The notes under the pieces: model-generated | The model's input: the letters and a program-made list of their open reading frames with translations, nothing else | What the model was told of the DNA's origin: nothing | Databases searched by the model: none | Translations under genes and position numbers: made by a program | Origin: an uncultured Anaerolineaceae bacterium | GTDB lineage: Bacteria; Chloroflexota; Anaerolineae; Anaerolineales; Anaerolineaceae | Assembly: GCA_964391725.1 (NCBI GenBank) | Contig: CAYMNB010000002.1 | Span: 860-64,859, forward strand | Direction of reading: 5' to 3' | DNA length: 64,000 nucleotides | Shown: positions 58,254 to 64,000 of the stretch, one piece after another | How the letters are laid out: every line of letters begins with the position of its first letter | Numbering within the stretch: position 1 is the stretch's first letter

Positions 58254-58931
58254 TTGAATATGCGGAATTACAAATCCCCTCAAAGTATTATTGACACATA
58301 CAAGCGCCGCCAAAGGCGGTTGCCGTTGGTGATAGGCATTTTATCCGGCCTGTTGGTTTTGGGCGGCGTTACCCTGATCGTGTTGTCTTTTACGGGTGGT
58401 TCTGGTTCCCTGCCTTCGATCGGGTTTCTGTCAACCAAAACCCTGACACCGACCTTGACTTTAACTCAAACGCCTATCCCGCCCACATTGACCCCGACAC
58501 TAACAACAACGCCGACACTGACACCGACGGTGACGATCACCCCAACTGCCAATGCGCCTTTTGAATACACAGTGCAGGAAGGCGATAACTGTTGGGCTAT
58601 CGCTGTTGACTTTGAGGTTTCGTTGGCTGTTTTGCAGGCAATCAACAATTTCGGAACCGGGTGTCCGATCAATCCCGGTGATGTGATCCTTATTCCGCCT
58701 CCCGGCGCTACGCTGCCCACAATGACGCCGATTCCAGAGGACTTGCCTCGCGGTACTGAAATTGAGTATATTGTGCAAGCCAATGATAGTTTGAGTGGCA
58801 TTGCCGAGAAATTCAACAGCCTGATTTCGGTGATCATGGAGTTGAATGACCTTGAAGACATTAATTCAATCTTCATTGGACAAATATTAATTATTCCGGT
58901 GAATCTGCCGACAGCGACCCCCGAACCTTAA
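58254..58931 (+). CDS. Membrane-anchored protein with Thr/Pro/Leu-rich linker and two LysM domains
   Basis: TM segment (LPLVIGILSGLLVLGGVTLIVL) and linker TLTPTLTLTQTPIPPTLTPTLTTTPTLTPTVTITPT. LysM 1 is YTVQEGDNCWAIAVDFEVSLAVLQAIN. LysM 2 is YIVQANDSLSGIAEKFNSLISVIMELN. Confidence 0.85.
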   Translation: MNMRNYKSPQSIIDTYKRRQRRLPLVIGILSGLLVLGGVTLIVLSFTGGSGSLPSIGFLSTKTLTPTLTLTQTPIPPTLTPTLTTTPTLTPTVTITPTANAPFEYTVQEGDNCWAIAVDFEVSLAVLQAINNFGTGCPINPGDVILIPPPGATLPTMTPIPEDLPRGTEIEYIVQANDSLSGIAEKFNSLISVIMELNDLEDINSIFIGQILIIPVNLPTATPEP

Positions 58932-58945
58932 GCTTTTGGGTGAAG

Positions 58946-60010
58946 TTAATGCAGTTTCTGGTTTAGCTGGTTGTGAATCGATTGAGCCAATGCTTTGAGG
59001 TACGGGTCTGTTTCTTGTTCTATGAATTGGCTGAGGGTGGATACATCGCTAAGGTTTGCTTGATTTCCGATAGCAGTGAGTAAATTGCGCAGTAGGCCGT
59101 TGCGTTTGGTTCTGGCGATGGGCGTATCTCCAAATCGTTGTTTGAACGTTTGCTGATCCAAAGTCAGGAGTTCTTCATGTTGTATTACCTGCAAGGAACG
59201 TTGGGAATCAAACAATGGCTGCGGGTTAGCGTTGGCTGCTTTTTCGTTCCAGGGACAAACCAATTGACAGATGTCGCAGCCAAAAATGGAATCGCCAATT
59301 AGTAGAGATTCGTCATGAGAGAAGTCTCCGCGTTTCTCAATGGTCAAGTAGGAGCGGCAGCGACGGGCATCTATGGTGCGATTAGGCAGGATGCACCGGG
59401 TGGGGCAGGCGTCAATACATTTGCGGCAGTTGCCGCAAAAATCTGTAGAAAAAGGCTCATCGGGTGTCAATGCAACATTCACAAATATTTCGGCCAGCAG
59501 GAAGAAAGAACCATACATTGGATTGATGATCAGGTTATTCTTACCACGCCAGCCAATCCCAGCCCGAATAGCCAGTTCTTGTTCAAGGATGGGTGCAGAA
59601 TCTGTGAAAATGGCATGATGGACATCCTGTTGAAGATACTCACAAAGCCAGACTACAAATGATGCTAATCTCTCAGGTATTAACCGGTGATAATCGGGTC
59701 CCTGGGCATAGGATGCGATGATTTTCACATCCGGTGGCAGATTTACTGGACGAAAGGGTGTGTAGGGGATGCCGACAACGATGATGGATTTTGCATCAGG
59801 CAGCATCATGGCTGGATTGGCACGTTTATCCAGTGTGTCAGGCCGGGCGAGATAAACCATACTGGCATGATAACCGGCCTCAATCCATTGTTGATAAAGA
59901 GAAAAATTCTCGATCGGTTCAGGTGTGGTTATTCCGCTGAGCACAAAACCGAGATTGGCAAGTGTGGTCTTGATGCTTTTTCCTGTATCTTCTCCAAACA
60001 GTTGAGTCAT
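58946..60010 (-). CDS. queG: Epoxyqueuosine reductase QueG
   Basis: Ferredoxin-type clusters CGNCRKCIDACPT and CDICQLVCPWN, plus the N-terminal region typical of QueG. ATG 60010 is preferred; it gives an ATGA overlap with the upstream gene's stop. Confidence 0.88.
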   Translation of the reverse strand: MTQLFGEDTGKSIKTTLANLGFVLSGITTPEPIENFSLYQQWIEAGYHASMVYLARPDTLDKRANPAMMLPDAKSIIVVGIPYTPFRPVNLPPDVKIIASYAQGPDYHRLIPERLASFVVWLCEYLQQDVHHAIFTDSAPILEQELAIRAGIGWRGKNNLIINPMYGSFFLLAEIFVNVALTPDEPFSTDFCGNCRKCIDACPTRCILPNRTIDARRCRSYLTIEKRGDFSHDESLLIGDSIFGCDICQLVCPWNEKAANANPQPLFDSQRSLQVIQHEELLTLDQQTFKQRFGDTPIARTKRNGLLRNLLTAIGNQANLSDVSTLSQFIEQETDPYLKALAQSIHNQLNQKLH

Positions 60011-60699
60011 TGCTGCACAATGATCTGGAAGGACACGATGTAAAAGCACTGCGGCGGCAAACCCTGTTCTTCGCGATTGTTGTAAAAACACCAATTGCTA
60101 ATATAAGTGCCCGGCTCTGCTGGGGCAGTCATCGCGGGGATAGCGATGGCAACCTCTTCACCCGGGGCAACCATGGTCTGTGATCCGTAGGATTCAAGGG
60201 TGTATTTCCTTGCGGCAGCAAACGAATTGCCGCTAAGGAAGCGCATCGAATAGCCGTTGTTCCACACATTAGGTCCTACGTTACGAAAACCTACCTGGGC
60301 TTCGAATGTTCCCCCCGGTGAATAGATTTGGTCAATCGGCGGAGTGTACAAGACAAGTTGGGCTTGATCAATCAGTTCATTGGGATCACTGTCGGTTGGG
60401 GTTGGTTCAATTACGGCTATTGACGTTACAGTAGGTTCTGGTGTAGGGGTTGGGGTGATGGTCGCAGGAGCAAGCGTGGCTGGAACAGTGGTGAACGTTG
60501 GTAGTTCTGTTGGTATTGGTGTAATGGTCGGTGCATCTTTGGTTAGTTGTACAAACACGGTTTGGGCTGCTTTGGTGTATCGAAAGATGGGATCTTCATA
60601 CAGTGTTAATTCACTGGCGACACAAGCTGGTAGCAAAACCAACAAACCAATGACAATGGTTAATCCATACCTTACAAAGGGATTCTTTTCGTTTCTCAT
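60007..60699 (-). CDS. Exported protein with Thr/Pro linker and NBR1-like (Ig-like, FW-type) domain
   Basis: N-terminal TM/signal and a TP-rich linker. GGTFEAQVGFRNVGPNVWNNGYSMRFLSG...APGEEVAIAIPAMTAPAEPGTYISNW resembles the bacterial NBR1-like domain pattern. Confidence 0.5.
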   Translation of the reverse strand: MRNEKNPFVRYGLTIVIGLLVLLPACVASELTLYEDPIFRYTKAAQTVFVQLTKDAPTITPIPTELPTFTTVPATLAPATITPTPTPEPTVTSIAVIEPTPTDSDPNELIDQAQLVLYTPPIDQIYSPGGTFEAQVGFRNVGPNVWNNGYSMRFLSGNSFAAARKYTLESYGSQTMVAPGEEVAIAIPAMTAPAEPGTYISNWCFYNNREEQGLPPQCFYIVSFQIIVQQ

Positions 60700-60722
60700 G
60701 AAGATGATTATACCGAAAAAGA

Positions 60723-61865
60723 TCAGGGTGCAGTGAAGGTGTGTGCATCGCCTGGTGGTGTGAAGGTAAAGCCTGCGTTTGGTTGAAACTGGAAAAAGCT
60801 GACCACACCCGGATTGATCTCAATAACCTGCACGTAGTTTTGATCTTCGAAGGTAAAATAGACCTGGTAGTCACCAGCCGGTAAATCACCAATCACAAAG
60901 TTTTCCTGGTAATAGGGGTCACTTTTTATGCCTAACATTGTGTAGGTATAGTTGCGCCAGGTTCTGCGGGAATCGAGACTATTGACAGTTACTTCCAATT
61001 TTTCAATCGGCCCATTACGCTCATTCAATATACGACCTGCCAATATACCCCATCCTTGGGGCGGTGCAATCCACAATTCCGGGTTGCGGGTTTGAAAGAA
61101 ATTGTTCAGCCCAACACGAATCTCGAAATGAAGGTGAGGCCCCGTCGTGAATCCTGTGTCGCCTACGATGCCGATGGGGTCATGTGTATCCAGTTCATCG
61201 CCAAGGGCAACATCGATACGGTCCATATGGCCATAGACAGTGTAGAGTTGTGAACCTTCATAACCAAAATCGTGTTCAATCACCACTGACAATCCATAAG
61301 GATCATTGGGATTGTAGATGCCAAAGTACAATCCTGTGCCTGCCCACACCACCCGGCCAGCCCCTGCCGCCAGAACAGGAGTGCCGCGTGGCGCGGCGAT
61401 ATCTATGCCAGAGTGAACGATATCAGGGCCAAAAAAAGTGACACCATAGCGGTAATTGGGCAGCGGCCAATTGACGGTATTCACAGCGATCGGGCGATAG
61501 AAATAAAAATGATCATGTGGTCCGGGTGCCCAGGGAATTTCATACAGAGGGGGTCGCCAGGCAAGATCGTCTGTCGGCAATGGGGTTGGAAATGTCACCG
61601 AAAGCGGATCTGATTTGTTCTCAATTGGCACAGCAGTTTGTGAAGGCAGCGTGGCGATGATGTCTTCTACGGAAAGTATGTAGGTTGGGGTTTGCGTTGG
61701 CTGCGGGGTGTCGGTAGGTTCCTTTTGTGTTGGTTGCGCCTTTTCAGACGGATAGGTTGACGTTATGGCTGCAGTAATAGCTGAATCTATTTGTTGGGCG
61801 CAGCCAACGGCGATTGTCAGCGATAAAAACAAAAAAAAGGCAACGTAACAGAAGTACCTTCTCAT
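60723..61865 (-). CDS. M23 (LytM-type) metallopeptidase with C-terminal carboxypeptidase-regulatory-like beta domain
   Basis: HSGIDIAAPRGTPVLAAGAGRV, YGHM and GPHLHFEI form the HxxxD...HxH metal site. The C-terminus reads GRILNERNGPIEKLEVTV...GDLPAGDYQVYF. Confidence 0.88.
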   Translation of the reverse strand: MRRYFCYVAFFLFLSLTIAVGCAQQIDSAITAAITSTYPSEKAQPTQKEPTDTPQPTQTPTYILSVEDIIATLPSQTAVPIENKSDPLSVTFPTPLPTDDLAWRPPLYEIPWAPGPHDHFYFYRPIAVNTVNWPLPNYRYGVTFFGPDIVHSGIDIAAPRGTPVLAAGAGRVVWAGTGLYFGIYNPNDPYGLSVVIEHDFGYEGSQLYTVYGHMDRIDVALGDELDTHDPIGIVGDTGFTTGPHLHFEIRVGLNNFFQTRNPELWIAPPQGWGILAGRILNERNGPIEKLEVTVNSLDSRRTWRNYTYTMLGIKSDPYYQENFVIGDLPAGDYQVYFTFEDQNYVQVIEINPGVVSFFQFQPNAGFTFTPPGDAHTFTAP

Positions 61866-61875
61866 GATAACCCGT

Positions 61876-63747
61876 TCACTCTGTGTCTTCTTCAGCTGGA
61901 GTGGGGGTCAGGCGGATGGGTACAACGGAATTGGTGGCTGGCGGCAGCAATGCTTCGGGGGGATACAAATCAAGCAAGGCACTGTCCAGATCCAAAAGCG
62001 CCTGGTTGACAAAGACGGTATGTTGGGTGCCAGGGTAGTAGGTGCGCCAGTTGTTTAAGGCAGGCATGCGTACCCAGTCGTATTGCGCTGCCAGTTCGGT
62101 GAAATCTACCCAGTAACCAGAAGGAATGTCAGGAGAGTATGAGCCGCCTTGTTCATACGCCTCAGGGCTTCCCATCGAACGCTGGTCAAAGCTCCAGACA
62201 CGTTCTTGTAATTGCCTTCCGACCGCGCCACTCTGGTTTACAGGGCGCAGGTAGATGCGCCAAAAGACTTTGCCGTCAATATCTTCTCTGGTTATTACCA
62301 ACCAATCTATGCTTGAAGGGGCGGGGTCTATTTCGAAGGCTCTGCCAGTATAAAACCAATTTTCAATGATATGCGGAGATGAAGGATCGGTGATTGGCAT
62401 GTAGGCATTATTGAGCGTGGCAAGGAAATCCCAACCAATCAAATCAATAACAGCTTGCTTTAACGCCAAAAAACTACCACTTACATCGTTATGCATGTAA
62501 GGATAGGGGGCGTTTATCGCCTGCAGCTGAATCAATCCACTGCGACCATAAGGTATATTCATAGTGTTAACAGTTTGATCGCTCCATTCTGCCGGCGCCA
62601 TGGGTAGGGTTGCCTGGTTTAGCAAAGGCAATAGGAGATCAAGGTTGTGGGCACCCCAACTGATGCCTGAAATCCGACCAGGCATCAGTTGGTAAGGAAA
62701 CCACATTGTGCGCGTGTTCCTGTCTGCTATGCCCAATTCAGAACCTGAGCGATTATGTTTAACCATCGCGATATAATAGCTGGTTGGCGAGTGGCTGCCA
62801 AAAGAACCTGGCATGAAAGTTAGAGCCTGCGATGCATCCATTGGTGATACTGATACGAGGTTCTGGCCTGCTCCTTGATTGTTGTACCAATATAGTTCAC
62901 CTTCTCTCGACCAAAAAGGATGAGAGTTGACAACCGCAGGCGCCTGGCTGATATTCATATAACGACCTTCAACTTTATCGAGGTCAGCGACCCAGATTTG
63001 TTGCGTGCCGCTTTCGAGCGAGGCATAGGCGATTTTGCGGCCATCAGGTGACCAGGCTGGAAGAAATTCATTGGCCTGGTTAAGCGTTAGTTGCAGTGGT
63101 TGCTGATCCAAATTCTTAATTGATTGAAGGAAGATGTCGCGATTTCCATTACGGTCACTGTCGAATACCAGCCATTGATCATCTGGCGACCAACCAGGAT
63201 TCATATCGTACGCATTAGAGTTCGTGATATTGGTCAACTCATAGGTTTGCAAATCAAGGATATAGATGTCCCATCGCCCGTTTTGATTGGAGGCATAAGC
63301 CAGTTTCGATCCATCATTGCTGAATGCCGGGGCAACATCATCCCAGTTTCCATTGGTCAGACGGGTGAGGGGGAAGAAATGGGGGTGGTATATGAATAAA
63401 TTATGATATACGCCATCCATCATGGATATAGCCAACACACCGATATCATCTAACTCCTGGTCGATTTCCTGGCCCATCTCAATCGGAATAAAAGAAAAGG
63501 TTGGGGTGCTTTGCTGTGGTTCTTCTACCGCCGGTTGTTCCTTGGCGAGTGAAATTTCTGGTTCAGGTGTGGATTGGACATCCTCTTGCATTTGCAGGAG
63601 GCCATCTGGTACCGGCGTAATGACGGGCCTTTTTTGTGATGTCTCCTGCCAGAGGATGAAGGACAGCAGGCAAACTGCAATGCCGGCAATGAAAAAAAGG
63701 AATGACCGAAGTGACGAAGATTCGGTTTTGTGTGTGGTTTTTTTCAT
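61876..63747 (-). CDS. Membrane-anchored TolB-like beta-propeller (PD40 repeats) protein with unassigned about 250-aa C-terminal domain
   Basis: PD40-type repeats are present: PAFSNDGSKLAYASNQNGRWDIYILD, PGWSPDDQWLVFDSDRNGNRDIF and PAWSPDGRKIAYASLESGTQQIWV. The C-terminal region is unrecognised. Confidence 0.7.
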   Translation of the reverse strand: MKKTTHKTESSSLRSFLFFIAGIAVCLLSFILWQETSQKRPVITPVPDGLLQMQEDVQSTPEPEISLAKEQPAVEEPQQSTPTFSFIPIEMGQEIDQELDDIGVLAISMMDGVYHNLFIYHPHFFPLTRLTNGNWDDVAPAFSNDGSKLAYASNQNGRWDIYILDLQTYELTNITNSNAYDMNPGWSPDDQWLVFDSDRNGNRDIFLQSIKNLDQQPLQLTLNQANEFLPAWSPDGRKIAYASLESGTQQIWVADLDKVEGRYMNISQAPAVVNSHPFWSREGELYWYNNQGAGQNLVSVSPMDASQALTFMPGSFGSHSPTSYYIAMVKHNRSGSELGIADRNTRTMWFPYQLMPGRISGISWGAHNLDLLLPLLNQATLPMAPAEWSDQTVNTMNIPYGRSGLIQLQAINAPYPYMHNDVSGSFLALKQAVIDLIGWDFLATLNNAYMPITDPSSPHIIENWFYTGRAFEIDPAPSSIDWLVITREDIDGKVFWRIYLRPVNQSGAVGRQLQERVWSFDQRSMGSPEAYEQGGSYSPDIPSGYWVDFTELAAQYDWVRMPALNNWRTYYPGTQHTVFVNQALLDLDSALLDLYPPEALLPPATNSVVPIRLTPTPAEEDTE

Positions 63748-63765
63748 GCCAAGCCTGCGTTCACA

Positions 63766-64000
63766 CTAAAATAATTTACGGCATTCCAGGTAATATCTTT
63801 TTTCGTGGGCTTCTCCCATTGAAAAGGTCTTACGAGGCAATGCGCCATCCAATATGACAGTTGTGAATAATTCACTTTTCTTCATGGCTGGTAAATAAAA
63901 ACCGAGATTACCAGATTTTTGCGACAATTTGTCCAGCACATCATCGCCATGGATGTAGTCGATGGTGTCAAATCCGCCTTGCTCTTTCCAATGATCCAAA
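63766..64000 (-). CDS. C-terminal fragment of an unidentified protein (gene continues beyond window)
   Basis: The open frame runs to the window edge and ends ...LPRKTFSMGEAHEKRYYLECRKLF. I cannot place the family with confidence. Confidence 0.3.
   Translation of the reverse strand, partial: LDHWKEQGGFDTIDYIHGDDVLDKLSQKSGNLGFYLPAMKKSELFTTVILDGALPRKTFSMGEAHEKRYYLECRKLF

Noticed and set aside
58440-58560. Repetitive ACN-CCN-ACN-CTG DNA that resembles a tandem repeat array. Similar tracts occur near 25370-25430, 60390-60520, 61690-61760 and 36060-36130.
   Set aside because: These are in-frame Thr/Pro(/Leu)-rich linkers of exported proteins (for example TLTPTLTLTQTP...). They are coding low-complexity sequence, not CRISPR or non-coding satellite. 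They are noted only as a lineage hallmark and possible glycosylation sites.

Overview
All calls come from reading the supplied ORF translations and the raw sequence by eye. No database search, folding or alignment was run.

**Overall content.** This is mostly core-genome DNA. It looks like a Chloroflexota/Anaerolineae-type bacterium; that is an inference from the many exported proteins with Thr/Pro-rich linkers after an N-terminal anchor, the T-box leader, and Firmicute-like DnaD/DnaI-type replication genes. I support about 60 CDS, one tRNA-Leu(GAG), one serS T-box leader, and several promoters and intrinsic terminators. I saw no CRISPR array, transposase, integrase or rRNA.

**Gene order.**
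- scpA, then a MoaD-like sulfur carrier plus a ThrC-like enzyme, then rnc-smc.
- A long minus-strand operon: bifunctional nuclease, dnaB, dnaD-like, tandem dnaC/dnaI-like, HAD, a small membrane protein, ctp, rpsF-ssb-rpsR, PPIase.
- An orphan OmpR-type regulator, then T-box-serS.
- DEAD-box helicase, rhaM, yvcK, gap-pgk.
- P5C dehydrogenase and two nitroreductases.
- S8 protease plus a 1.8k-aa alpha-2-macroglobulin-like lipoprotein.
- rtcB, PAP2, a metallophosphoesterase and Nudix.
- plsX, tRNA-Leu, mtlD.
- tatD, a phosphohexomutase, mnmA, trmI, a CoA-Nudix hydrolase and glpK.
- Two tandem MFS paralogues and an anSME-like radical SAM enzyme.
- A cell-envelope operon: TolB-like, M23, NBR1-like, queG.

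**Most unusual items.**
1. A helicase loader with two complete DnaC/DnaI AAA+ modules in one polypeptide. It overlaps the dnaD-like gene out of frame by 80 nt.
2. An OmpR-family regulator that has lost every phospho-acceptor residue.
3. A sulfur-carrier protein ending GGGQ that is translationally coupled to a zinc-ribbon ThrC-family enzyme.
4. A thioester-less A2M-like lipoprotein next to a secreted subtilase.
5. An SSB without a C-terminal tail in the rpsF-ssb-rpsR operon.

None of these is proven novel. Each needs the searches listed under its finding.
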